Positions 44,443 through 53,520 of a stretch of DNA of 60,922 bases are shown here, piece after piece; position 1 is the stretch's first letter, and each line of letters starts with the position of its first letter. A model generated the notes under the pieces. That model saw nothing but the letters and a program-made list of their open reading frames with translations, was not told the origin of the DNA and ran no database searches. The stretch is from positions 1 to 60,922 of IMG/VR virus record IMGVR_UViG_3300033183_000054; one strand, given 5' to 3'. Origin of the DNA: a virus. Taxonomy: Duplodnaviria; Caudoviricetes. Position numbers and translations under genes: made by a program.

Positions 44443-46885
44443 TATAGATAAAGGTTTAGCTCAAGCTCCTCTAGGACTATCTGAAGATGAAATGAAAAAG
44501 ATGATTGGTTCAGGAATAGAACCAGACATAGAAATCGAAATCGAAGACCCAGAATCAGTAAGTATTAAAGCGGGCGGAATGGAAATTGAAATAGACCCAG
44601 ATGCTGAAGACGACTTTAGTAAAAATTTAGCAGAAGACATAGATGAAGAAGCTCTAGCAAAATTAGCTGATGAATTATTAGAAGATTATGAGGGGGACCT
44701 AACAGCACGACGTGATTGGCTAGATACATACGTTGATGGTTTAGATTTATTAGGTCTTAAATTAGAAGACAGATCAGAACCATGGGAAGGTGCGTGTAAT
44801 GTCTTTCACCCATTGATGACAGAAACTCTAGTTAAGTTCCAAGCAGAAACAATGACCGAAACATTCCCAGCTGCCGGTCCAGTCAAAACACAAATAATTG
44901 GTGACCTTACAGAAGAAAAAGAAGAAGCAGCTAAACGTGTACAAGACGACATGAATTATCAGCTTACACAAAAAATGGTTGAGTACAGACCTGAACATGA
45001 ACGTATGTTATGGGGTTTAGGGTTAGCTGGTAACGCATTTAAGAAAGTTTATTATGACCCATCATTAGAACGTCAGGTGTCTATGTATATTCCTGCTGAA
45101 GATTTGGTTGTGCCTTATGGTGCTTCAGATTTAGAATCAGCAGAACGAGTTACACATGTAATGCGTAAGACTGGTAATGAATTACGTAAGCTACAAGTCG
45201 CAGGTTTCTATCGTGATATTGACTTAGGTGAACCTTCACATGACTTAGAAGAAGTTGAAAAGAAAATTGCAGAGAAGATGGGTTTCAATGCAACAACAGA
45301 TAACCGCTTCAAAATTTTAGAAATGCATGTTGACTTAGACTTAGAAGGCTACGAAGATGAAGACGACGGCGAGAAAACAGGTATTGCATTGCCTTACGTT
45401 GTAACAATTGAAAGATCAACACAAGAAGTTTTATCTATTAGACGTAACTGGAACCCAGACGACAAAACTAAACAGAAACGTCAGCACTTTGTACATTATG
45501 GTTATGTACCAGGATTTGGTTTCTACTGTTTTGGTTTGATTCATTTAATAGGTGCGTTTGCAAAATCAGGCACAATGCTATTAAGACAATTGGTAGACGC
45601 GGGTACATTATCTAACCTTCCTGGTGGTTTCAAATCACGTGGTCTTAGAATTAAAGGAGATGAAACTCCAATAGCTCCAGCAGAATTCCGTGATGTGGAT
45701 GTACCTTCTGGTACTATCCGTGACAATATTATGGCTCTACCTTATAAAGAGCCAAGCCAAGTTTTAAATCAGTTGATGAACCAGATTATTGATGAAGGAA
45801 GAAGATTTGCTTCAGCGGCTGATTTAAAAGTATCTGATATGTCAGCTAACGCTCCAGTTGGTACTACACTAGCTATTTTAGAGAGAACATTAAAAGTAAT
45901 GAGTGCAGTACAAGCTCGTATTCACTATGCAATGAAACAAGAGTTCAAACTCTTAAAAGGCATTATACGTGACTTTACTGACTCATCATATACATATGAA
46001 CCAGCTGACGGAAGTAAAAGAGTTAAACAAGCTGACTATGATACAGTAGAAGTTATTCCTGTATCTGATCCTAACGCAGCAACAATGTCACAGAAAGTTG
46101 TTCAGTATCAAGCTGTTATGCAGTTAGCGCAAGCTAACCCACAGATTTATGACATGGTTGAACTTAATAAACAGATGTTAGAAGTATTAGGTGTTAAGAA
46201 TATAGATAAACTAATTCCACAATCTGACAAGGCTAAACCTCAAGACCCTGTATCAGAAAACATGAATATACTTAACAGTAAACCTGTTAAAGCATTTATA
46301 TACCAAGATCATGAAGCTCATATCAAAACACATATGGCATTTATGAATGATCCAAAACTAAGACAGATGGTTGGACAAAGCCCAAATGCAGGAGTATTAC
46401 AAGCAGCTATGGAAGCACACATAGCAGAACATTTAGCTTACCAATACAGAAAAGAAATAGAAGACCAAGTAGGTGTACCCTTACCTGCACCTAACGAGGA
46501 AATGGACGAATCAGTCGAACTTGATCTCTCAAGAGTTGTTGCAAAAGGAGCTGAACAGTTATTACAAAAAGATATACAAGAAGCTCAAGCACAAGAGATT
46601 ATGCAGAAACAACAAGATCCTATCTTGCAAATGCAACAGAAAGAGTTGCAAATTAAGGAACTCGAAGCTCAAGCAAAAGCTCAGAAGATGCAAGCAGATA
46701 CTGCATTAGACCAAGCTAAACTTGAACTAGAGAAGATGAAACTAGAATCTGAAGAAAGAATTGCTGGTGCTAAGATTGGTGCTAACGCAGTGATGGATAA
46801 CAGAAAAATAGAATCACAAGAATTAATCGCAGGAACTAAAATAGGAGTTGAAGCAGTAAAAAATAAAAACACAAGAAAGGAATAA
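44429..46885 (+). CDS. Portal protein
   Basis: 818 aa after terL; G.AFKKVYYD; long Gln-rich coiled-coil C-terminus like a P22-type barrel. Confidence 0.9.
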   Translation: MAANDIDKGLAQAPLGLSEDEMKKMIGSGIEPDIEIEIEDPESVSIKAGGMEIEIDPDAEDDFSKNLAEDIDEEALAKLADELLEDYEGDLTARRDWLDTYVDGLDLLGLKLEDRSEPWEGACNVFHPLMTETLVKFQAETMTETFPAAGPVKTQIIGDLTEEKEEAAKRVQDDMNYQLTQKMVEYRPEHERMLWGLGLAGNAFKKVYYDPSLERQVSMYIPAEDLVVPYGASDLESAERVTHVMRKTGNELRKLQVAGFYRDIDLGEPSHDLEEVEKKIAEKMGFNATTDNRFKILEMHVDLDLEGYEDEDDGEKTGIALPYVVTIERSTQEVLSIRRNWNPDDKTKQKRQHFVHYGYVPGFGFYCFGLIHLIGAFAKSGTMLLRQLVDAGTLSNLPGGFKSRGLRIKGDETPIAPAEFRDVDVPSGTIRDNIMALPYKEPSQVLNQLMNQIIDEGRRFASAADLKVSDMSANAPVGTTLAILERTLKVMSAVQARIHYAMKQEFKLLKGIIRDFTDSSYTYEPADGSKRVKQADYDTVEVIPVSDPNAATMSQKVVQYQAVMQLAQANPQIYDMVELNKQMLEVLGVKNIDKLIPQSDKAKPQDPVSENMNILNSKPVKAFIYQDHEAHIKTHMAFMNDPKLRQMVGQSPNAGVLQAAMEAHIAEHLAYQYRKEIEDQVGVPLPAPNEEMDESVELDLSRVVAKGAEQLLQKDIQEAQAQEIMQKQQDPILQMQQKELQIKELEAQAKAQKMQADTALDQAKLELEKMKLESEERIAGAKIGANAVMDNRKIESQELIAGTKIGVEAVKNKNTRKE

Positions 46886-46888
46886 TAA

Positions 46889-47080
46889 ATGGATTCAACG
46901 TTAAAACTCCTCGCTGAAAAGCTTGGTGAGGAAAGGCAACGCATTAGTGATGATCTAGTTATGGGAAGAGCTGAAGAACATGCACAATACATGCATGGCT
47001 GTGGCATTATCCGTGGCTTTGACATTGCACAAGGATTAATTTCCGATATAGCAAAATTACAGGAGGATGACGATGACTGA
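46889..47080 (+). CDS. Small head-region protein
   Basis: Y...CG.IRG motif; follows the portal. Confidence 0.7.
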   Translation: MDSTLKLLAEKLGEERQRISDDLVMGRAEEHAQYMHGCGIIRGFDIAQGLISDIAKLQEDDDD

Positions 47081-47492
47081 AATCATAACTCCTAATAAAA
47101 CAATAGTGGACTTCAAAGGCAAGCAAGTCAAAGCTGAAGAAGAAACACAAGAACAAAAACCGGCTCAATTACCAGAAGTCAAAGGGTATCGCATTTTATG
47201 TGCTGTACCTAATGTAAATGAAAAGTATGAGAGTGGGCTAATTAAAGCAGATAAAACAAGGCATATTGAAGAACACTCAACTGTAGTTTTATTTGTTATC
47301 AAATTAGGAGATATGGCTTACGCAGACAAAGACAGATTTCCTACAGGACCTTGGTGTAAAGAAGGTGACTTCGTAATCACTAGGGCATATTCTGGAACTC
47401 GAATCAAAATACATGGTAAAGAGTTTCGCATCATTAACGACGATACCGTAGAAGCAGTGGTCGATGACCCACGCGGATACGAACGCGCATAA
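47067..47492 (+). CDS. groES: GroES-like co-chaperonin
   Basis: P...G.RIL, SGLI, V.K.G, K.GDFV...YSG..IKI.GKEFRIINDD.V.AVV. Confidence 0.88.
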   Translation: MTMTEIITPNKTIVDFKGKQVKAEEETQEQKPAQLPEVKGYRILCAVPNVNEKYESGLIKADKTRHIEEHSTVVLFVIKLGDMAYADKDRFPTGPWCKEGDFVITRAYSGTRIKIHGKEFRIINDDTVEAVVDDPRGYERA

Positions 47493-47503
47493 GGAGTTGA
47501 AGT

Positions 47504-48547
47504 ATGGCAAATATAATTAATGAAATACCAGCAGAACTCGAAGAAGAGGAAACAACGGAAGTTGAACTTGAATCATCTGAAGATAAAGCTGATTATGAAG
47601 AAGCTGTAGAAGCTAAAAAAGAAGTTAAAAAAGAAACTAAAACAGAACCTGAATTTGAGATTGAAGAGGAAGATGATACTCCTCCAGAAGACAGGGGACG
47701 TGAACCACTACCGGATAACATTAAAAAAGAATTAGATGAAGATAATCTAGAAGACTACTCAGCGAGAGTTAAAGAACGTATTGCTCAAATGAAGAAATAC
47801 AATCACGACACTCGTAGAGAAAAAGAAGCTATTGAAAGAGAAAGAGACGAAGCTATTGCAAATGCTAGAAGAGTCTTAGAAGAAAATCAAAAGCTAAGAA
47901 AAACTTTATCTACTGGAGAAGAAGATTATCTTAAAACACTAAAAGAAAAGTATGAGTCCGATGTTAATTATGCTAAACGTGAATATCGCGAAGCATATGA
48001 TTCAGGAGACCCAGAAAAGATTGTTGAAGCTCAAAGTAAACTAAACGAAGCTCAGTTCAAATTACAGAACGCTATGGGCATGAAACCTCAATATAATACT
48101 TTACAAGAGGACCAAAGTAGTGTACAAATAGCACAACAGCAAAATTATACGTCTCAAGCACCAAAACCAGACTCAAAAGCTACTGCGTGGCAAGAAAAGA
48201 ACACCTGGTTTGGCAGAAATAAGGTTATGACTGCTACCGCTTTGGGATTGCATGATGAATTAGTTAGTGAGGGTATTGACCCAACATCTGACCAGTATTA
48301 CCGTCGTATAGATGATACGATGCATAAATTGTTTCCAGATCATTTTGGGGACGCTGAAGAATCGTTGGAAGGACAACCTGCCCAACGCACTAAAAAACCT
48401 TCTACTGTTGTTGCTCCTGCAACCCGGTCGACCGCACCTAAAAAGGTAAGATTGACTAAAACACAGTTAGCTTTAGCTAAGAAATTTAAGCTAACACCAG
48501 AGCAATATGCAAGAGAACTTTTAAAAACGGAGAACGCAAATGGATAA
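47504..48547 (+). CDS. Capsid scaffolding protein
   Basis: Acidic N-term, long coiled coil, C-term LAKKFKLTPEQYA; lies before the capsid genes. Confidence 0.75.
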   Translation: MANIINEIPAELEEEETTEVELESSEDKADYEEAVEAKKEVKKETKTEPEFEIEEEDDTPPEDRGREPLPDNIKKELDEDNLEDYSARVKERIAQMKKYNHDTRREKEAIERERDEAIANARRVLEENQKLRKTLSTGEEDYLKTLKEKYESDVNYAKREYREAYDSGDPEKIVEAQSKLNEAQFKLQNAMGMKPQYNTLQEDQSSVQIAQQQNYTSQAPKPDSKATAWQEKNTWFGRNKVMTATALGLHDELVSEGIDPTSDQYYRRIDDTMHKLFPDHFGDAEESLEGQPAQRTKKPSTVVAPATRSTAPKKVRLTKTQLALAKKFKLTPEQYARELLKTENANG

Positions 48548-48986
48548 ACGTCAAGATAGAGATTTAGAAGTAAGAGAAACAACCGACCAAAGAAGTAAAC
48601 AATGGGCACCCCCATCACTACTTCCAGAATTTAAAAAGAAACCAGGTTGGGCGTATAGATGGATTAGAATTACTTTAGCTAACGAGGCGGATAACCGTAA
48701 TGCTTCTTCAAAAATGCGTGAAGGCTGGGAACCTGTGAAACATTCAGAGCACCCAGAAATAAATTTACCGGTAAGCTCCAATGGCAACTTTAAAGATGCC
48801 GTAGAAGTTGGTGGCTTACTACTTTGTAAAATGCCACAAGAAATGGTAGATCAGAGAAACGAGTATTACAAGAAAAAAGCAGAAGGTCAGGCAGAAGCAG
48901 TTGATAATAGCTTTTTAAAAGAAAATGACCCGCGTATGCCTCTATTCTCCGATAAAAAGTCTACTAAATCTTTCGGCAAAGGTTAA
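48540..48986 (+). CDS. Head-region protein
   Basis: W.PPSLLP, YRWIR, REGWEPV and GGLLLCK motifs. Confidence 0.7.
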   Translation: MDKRQDRDLEVRETTDQRSKQWAPPSLLPEFKKKPGWAYRWIRITLANEADNRNASSKMREGWEPVKHSEHPEINLPVSSNGNFKDAVEVGGLLLCKMPQEMVDQRNEYYKKKAEGQAEAVDNSFLKENDPRMPLFSDKKSTKSFGKG

Positions 48987-49007
48987 AATCTTTAAGGAGA
49001 TGATATT

Positions 49008-49610
49008 ATGGCAACAACAGCCGCAGCTTACGGTTTAAAAGCCGTTAATTTGATCGGTGGTCAGCCTTATGCTGGTTCTACACGTCAAATTAAAATCGCG
49101 TCTGGATATAATACTAACATCTTCAACGGAAGCGTCGTATCAATCGTAGCGGCAGGTACAATCGAATTAGTAACAACAATCGGTTCATCCGCTTCTAAAT
49201 TCCCTGCAGGTACTGTAGGTGTTTTCGTTGGATGTTCTTATACAGATCCAAACACTAAACAAAAATTATTCAAACAATACTGGCCAGCTGGCACAGTAGC
49301 TTCTGACGCAGTTGCATACGTAATTGACGATCCAGATGTTGTATTCCAAATTCAAGCTGACGATACAGTTCCTCAAACAGCTCTTGGTGCTAACGCTCCA
49401 TTAGCGAACGTACAGTCAACTTCTACAGGTGATACAGCTACAGGTAACTCAAACGTAGCATTAGACGCAACTGTTGTACAAACAGAAGCAGCTTTCAGAA
49501 TCGTGGATTTTGTTGATTCAACTACATCAAGCGTAGGCGATGCTTACACTGATGTGTTAGTTAAATTCAACGGTGTAAACCACGGTTACAATAACGGTAC
49601 TGGTATTTAA
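49008..49610 (+). CDS. Capsid decoration / minor capsid protein
   Basis: TAAGGAG RBS; small-residue-rich beta protein directly before the MCP. Confidence 0.7.
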   Translation: MATTAAAYGLKAVNLIGGQPYAGSTRQIKIASGYNTNIFNGSVVSIVAAGTIELVTTIGSSASKFPAGTVGVFVGCSYTDPNTKQKLFKQYWPAGTVASDAVAYVIDDPDVVFQIQADDTVPQTALGANAPLANVQSTSTGDTATGNSNVALDATVVQTEAAFRIVDFVDSTTSSVGDAYTDVLVKFNGVNHGYNNGTGI

Positions 49611-49622
49611 GGAGAATAAACC

Positions 49623-50534
49623 ATGGCAATTTCAAGAGCTCAGTTATTAAAAGAACTGCTCCCAGGTCTTAATGCTTTATTCGGTATGGAATACCAGCGT
49701 TATGGCGAAGAGCACAAAGAAATCTACGAAACAGAATCATCAGAAAGAAGTTTCGAAGAAGAAACAAAACTATCAGGCTTCGCAGCTGCCCCTAACAAGG
49801 CTGAAGGCGCTGCAATTGCGTATGACAACGCACAAGAAGCTTGGACAGCTAGATATAATCACGAAACCATTGCTTTAGGTTTCTCACTAACAGAAGAAGC
49901 TGTTGAAGATAACCTCTACGACACTTTATCTGCTCGTTACACTAAAGCATTAGCTCGTGCTATGTCTTACACAAAACAAGTTAAAGCTGCTAACGTTTTA
50001 AACAACGGCTTTGACGGTACTAACTACCCAGGCGGTGACGCTAAAGCATTATTTGCTACAGATCACCCATTAGTAAACGGCGGTACAAATAGCAATACGC
50101 AGTCAACAGCTGCTGACTTAAACGAAACTTCATTAGAAAACGCAGTTATTCAGTTAGCTGGTTGGACAGATGAAAGAGGTTTATTAATTGCTGCTAAACC
50201 ACGTAAACTAATTATCCCACCAGCACTACAGTTTGTGGCTACTCGTTTATTAGAAACTGACCAAAGAGTTGGTACTGCTGATAACGATACAAACGCATTA
50301 CGTAGTAACGGTGCGATCCCAGAAGGATACACAGTAAATCACTTCTTAACAGATACTGATGCATACTTCTTAACAACCGATGTTCCTAACGGTATGAAGC
50401 ACTTCGAAAGAACTGCATTAACTACTTCTATGGACGGCGACTTCGACACAGGTAACGTACGTTACAAAGCTCGTGAGCGTTATTCATTCGGTTGGTCAGA
50501 TCCCCTCGGTATGTGGGGCTCACAAGGTGCTTAA
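49623..50534 (+). CDS. Major capsid protein (HK97 fold)
   Basis: MAISRAQLLKELLPGLNALFG; P..LI.PPAL; KARERYSFGWSD; strong RBS and downstream terminator. Confidence 0.93.
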   Translation: MAISRAQLLKELLPGLNALFGMEYQRYGEEHKEIYETESSERSFEEETKLSGFAAAPNKAEGAAIAYDNAQEAWTARYNHETIALGFSLTEEAVEDNLYDTLSARYTKALARAMSYTKQVKAANVLNNGFDGTNYPGGDAKALFATDHPLVNGGTNSNTQSTAADLNETSLENAVIQLAGWTDERGLLIAAKPRKLIIPPALQFVATRLLETDQRVGTADNDTNALRSNGAIPEGYTVNHFLTDTDAYFLTTDVPNGMKHFERTALTTSMDGDFDTGNVRYKARERYSFGWSDPLGMWGSQGA

Positions 50535-50558
50535 TTAGTTAAGTACTTTCTCTCCTCG

Positions 50559-50587
50559 AAGACCCAGTTTCGGCTGGGTTTTCTTTT
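50559..50587 (+). terminator. Rho-independent terminator after the MCP
   Basis: AAGACCCAGT-TTCG-GCTGGGTTTT then CTTTT. Confidence 0.88.
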
Positions 50588-50682
50588 ACCTATAACTAAT
50601 GGTTTTCTTTATAGTTTTTCTTTTTAATATCAATACAATACATATATCAGCTATGCTGAAATTTAATTTAAGGAGAATCATT

Positions 50683-50754
50683 ATGTGGACAACACCATCA
50701 GCAACAGAAATGAGATTTGGTTTTGAAGTAACAATGTACGTATGTAACAAGTAA
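50683..50754 (+). CDS. pqqA: PQQ precursor peptide PqqA (23 aa; not in ORF track)
   Basis: MWTTPSATEMRFGFEVTMYVCNK shows the W..P leader and GFE-x-x-x-Y motif; TAAGGAG RBS at 50669-50675. Confidence 0.95.
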   Translation: MWTTPSATEMRFGFEVTMYVCNK

Positions 50755-50849
50755 GTATATAATTTAAAAACTTATTATCTATTCGGTACGGTGGCTAGGA
50801 AACAGCCTGAATCGTTTAAAAGGGATAATATTTTAAAAGCACCAACATT

Positions 50850-50872
50850 AAAGGGCCTAGTGTCCTTTTTTG
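50850..50872 (+). terminator. Terminator closing the pqqA unit
   Basis: AAAGGGC-CTAGT-GTCCTTT then TTTT. Confidence 0.6.
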
Positions 50873-50901
50873 TTGTATAATGTCTATAAAATGTGTATCA
50901 T
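50873..50901 (+). promoter_or_regulatory. Sigma70-type promoter of the post-capsid operon
   Basis: TTGTAT-17 bp-TATCAT. Confidence 0.55.
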
Positions 50902-50909
50902 TTAGTTAT

Positions 50910-50966
50910 TCGGGAAACATCGACTTATCTAACTGCCCCGACAGACGCATACACGATAGATAAGTT
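50910..50966 (+). ncRNA. Predicted pseudoknotted 5'-leader RNA
   Basis: TCGGG(50910-14)/CCCGA(50937-41) crosses GACTTATCTA(50922-31)/TAGATAAGTT(50957-66). Confidence 0.55.
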
Positions 50967-50989
50967 TAACTTTGTATGGAGACATTATA

Positions 50990-51466
50990 ATGGCAAGATC
51001 AACCTTTTCAGGTCCAGTCACATCTAATGCTGGCTTTAATGGACCAGTCGTAGTAGACAATACTACACTCAACACAGGCGCAGCGGTTACAACAACTCTT
51101 ACACGCGCTCAATCAGGAACATTATTTGAAGTAGACGGCACAGACGACATTGTTGTTAATATGCCAGCTCTAAGCACAGATAACCCAGGTACAACCTATG
51201 AATTTTTTGTAACCACAGCCGTTGGTTCAGGTAAAACAGTAACATTTGTGTTACCAGGTTCAGCAGTATCTAATTTCTATGGCGCTTTATCTCTTATGGG
51301 TGGCGCAGCGGCTAACCCAGCAAGTGACGTTGCAGGTGATACATTAACATTAGTAGCTACAACAGCAGTTAATGCAAGAGTTAAACTAACATGTATTTCT
51401 GATGACGGTACTAACTCTACATGGAAAGCTGAAACACTTTCTACACCAATAGCAACTATTGCATAA
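50990..51466 (+). CDS. Virion structural protein (possible capsid fibre/decoration)
   Basis: MARSTFSGPV start after GGAG; Thr/Gly-rich beta protein. Confidence 0.7.
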   Translation: MARSTFSGPVTSNAGFNGPVVVDNTTLNTGAAVTTTLTRAQSGTLFEVDGTDDIVVNMPALSTDNPGTTYEFFVTTAVGSGKTVTFVLPGSAVSNFYGALSLMGGAAANPASDVAGDTLTLVATTAVNARVKLTCISDDGTNSTWKAETLSTPIATIA

Positions 51467-51479
51467 TAGGAGATAAATT

Positions 51480-51998
51480 ATGTCTATGCAATCAGATGTA
51501 AAACAGGCATTTATAAATCAGTCTGGTTACCCTACACCCTATGAAAGATTGCGTATTAAAGGTATCGCTGTTAAAGGGTCCTCATCCGCAGGACAACTTG
51601 ACGTGTTTTCTACGAACGCTACTCCTGTTGCAGGAACTTATGGTCAGTCTGGTTCAACTATTACTGTTACCAAAGTGGGTCACGGGTTATCAACAGGAGA
51701 TAAGATTGGCATTGCTTATACTGCCGGTACAGGTGGAACAGCAGTGTGTGGAAACGTAGTTATTACAGTAACCGGCGATGATACTTTTACAATATCTTGT
51801 ATCAATTCATATACAATTACGGGTGATCCTGCCTGCCGATATGTTACAAATGGTGGCTCATGGTTAATGACATTTACATTAGCTGCTACTGATATTTACA
51901 ACAATTACTTTAATATACCTGACCAAGGAATACTAGTAGAGAAAAAAGTATATTGTTCTATGTCAAATGTTAGTGCCGCAACTATATTTTATGCATAA
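51480..51998 (+). CDS. Virion structural protein
   Basis: MQSDVK...IPDQGIL...TIFY frame with an inserted HGLSTGD beta module also seen in the 3004 protein. Confidence 0.65.
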   Translation: MSMQSDVKQAFINQSGYPTPYERLRIKGIAVKGSSSAGQLDVFSTNATPVAGTYGQSGSTITVTKVGHGLSTGDKIGIAYTAGTGGTAVCGNVVITVTGDDTFTISCINSYTITGDPACRYVTNGGSWLMTFTLAATDIYNNYFNIPDQGILVEKKVYCSMSNVSAATIFYA

Positions 51999-52294
51999 TG
52001 GCAACGACTAAGAAAAAAGGAATGGGTATTAAAACTTCTGTAAAGTCGGGCAACTTTCGTCCGACCAAGCAGGGTGCGGGTATGACTAAGAAAGGTGTTG
52101 CAGCCTATCGCAAAGCCAACCCAGGTTCTAAATTAAAAACAGCGGTTACGGGTAAAGTCAAACCTGGGTCTAAAGATGCAAAACGACGTAAGTCATTTTG
52201 TGCTAGGTCTGCAGGACAGATGAAGCAGTTTCCAAAGGCAGCTAAAGACCCTAACTCAAGATTACGTCAAGCAAGACGTAGGTGGAAGTGTTAA
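51998..52294 (+). CDS. Small very basic protein
   Basis: G.T.KG..AY...NPGS.LK, RRKSFCAR and DPNSR...ARRRWKC. Confidence 0.75.
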   Translation: MATTKKKGMGIKTSVKSGNFRPTKQGAGMTKKGVAAYRKANPGSKLKTAVTGKVKPGSKDAKRRKSFCARSAGQMKQFPKAAKDPNSRLRQARRRWKC

Positions 52295-52295
52295 C

Positions 52296-52520
52296 ATGGA
52301 AAAGATGCAAGAAACAGTAGCTGTTCACTCGGCAGAGATTGAACACATGAAGAAAGACATAGATCACATCATGGCTAAAGTTGACAAGATGGACAGGTCT
52401 ATTGATGAAATTAAAGAAACATTGGCTGAATTTAAAGGTGGTAAAAGAGTGGCAATGTGGTTCTTTGGTTTTATTGGTGTAATTGCAGGGTCTATAGTGA
52501 CTTGGTTTATGGGTAAATAA
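52296..52520 (+). CDS. Coiled-coil protein with C-terminal TM helix (XhlA/holin-like layout)
   Basis: Heptad repeat then MWFFGFIGVIAGSIVTWF. Confidence 0.65.
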   Translation: MEKMQETVAVHSAEIEHMKKDIDHIMAKVDKMDRSIDEIKETLAEFKGGKRVAMWFFGFIGVIAGSIVTWFMGK

Positions 52521-52681
52521 TGTTTAAAAGGATATTAAAAATGTTTGAAAAAGAAAATCATGAACAACATGAAGAAAAAGTTGAGGCTATAAAAAAAGAA
52601 GCTAAACCTAAAAAGTTTGACGCTAAAGCCCATAGAGAAAAAATAAAAGCTATGGAATTTGCAAATGCCAGCAAAAAGTAA
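52520..52681 (+). CDS. 53-aa charged protein (not in ORF track)
   Basis: TAATG coupling; MFKRILKMFEKENHEQ... Confidence 0.55.
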   Translation: MFKRILKMFEKENHEQHEEKVEAIKKEAKPKKFDAKAHREKIKAMEFANASKK

Positions 52682-52802
52682 AAAACAGTATCAGTTTATG
52701 AAAGCGGTAGCCAATAATCCTAAGTTTGCAAAGAAGGTAGGTGTACCTACAAAAGTAGGTAAAGAATTTACAAAGAAACCAAAGTCCAAAAGGAGAAAAT
52801 AA
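52665..52802 (+). CDS. 45-aa basic protein (not in ORF track)
   Basis: MPAKSKKQYQFMKAVANNPKFAKKVGVPTKVGKEF... Confidence 0.7.
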   Translation: MPAKSKKQYQFMKAVANNPKFAKKVGVPTKVGKEFTKKPKSKRRK

Positions 52803-53158
52803 TGGGCGACGAAAAAAAGAAAAAAGTAATTAAACCTGAAGACGAAAAAAAGCGTATTAAGGACATGGCTAAAGAAGAACGCATGAAAAAAATTCTTACT
52901 AAAGATATGGAAACGTTCGGACCTAGAGAAGAATCTAAACCTATGAAATCTATGAAGTCTAAGGACCCAATGGTTGGAGTAGTTAAAGAACCAGGACCTA
53001 TGAGTGGAAATATGCTTAAGGAAAAGAAAAAAGCTGGCGGTAAGATTGGTATGGGTATGACTAAGAATAATTATAAAAAAGGTGGCAAAGTTTCCTCTTG
53101 CTCTAAACGAGCTGATGGCTGTGCTAAACGTGGTAAAACTAAAGGACGGATGGTTTAA
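52802..53158 (+). CDS. Basic protein with KKGG...GKTKGRMV C-terminus
   Basis: AGGAG RBS; shared C-terminal motif. Confidence 0.75.
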   Translation: MGDEKKKKVIKPEDEKKRIKDMAKEERMKKILTKDMETFGPREESKPMKSMKSKDPMVGVVKEPGPMSGNMLKEKKKAGGKIGMGMTKNNYKKGGKVSSCSKRADGCAKRGKTKGRMV

Positions 53159-53160
53159 TT

Positions 53161-53340
53161 ATGAAACCTGTAGACAAAGAAAAAAACCCTGGACTAGCTA
53201 AACTACCAACGGAAGTTCGTAACAAAATGGGCTACATGAAAAAAGGTGGTAAAGTTGGGTATAAAAAAGGCGGTAAAGTTAAAAAGTGCAAACGTGATGG
53301 TATTTGCAAAAAAGGTAAGACAAAAGGACGCATGGTATGA
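53161..53340 (+). CDS. 59-aa basic protein with KKGG...GKTKGRMV C-terminus (not in ORF track)
   Basis: MKPVDKEKNPGLAKLPTEVRNKMGYMKKGGKVGYKKGGKVKKCKRDGICKKGKTKGRMV. Confidence 0.75.
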   Translation: MKPVDKEKNPGLAKLPTEVRNKMGYMKKGGKVGYKKGGKVKKCKRDGICKKGKTKGRMV

Positions 53341-53519
53341 TGAAATGTCGTGGCATGGGCAAAGCCATGAAGCCTGTAGCATTTAAAAATGGCGGTTCTA
53401 CTAAAAATAAAACCAACAAAGACGCATGCTACCACAAAGTAAAAGCAAGCTACAAGGTATTTCCTAGTGCATACGCATCTGGTGCTATTGCTAAGTGCAG
53501 AAAGAATAAAGGTAAATAA
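53337..53519 (+). CDS. Small basic protein
   Basis: RGMG, FKNGG and DACY.KVK..Y.VFPSAYASG.I.KCRK. Confidence 0.7.
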   Translation: MMKCRGMGKAMKPVAFKNGGSTKNKTNKDACYHKVKASYKVFPSAYASGAIAKCRKNKGK

Positions 53520-53520
53520 A

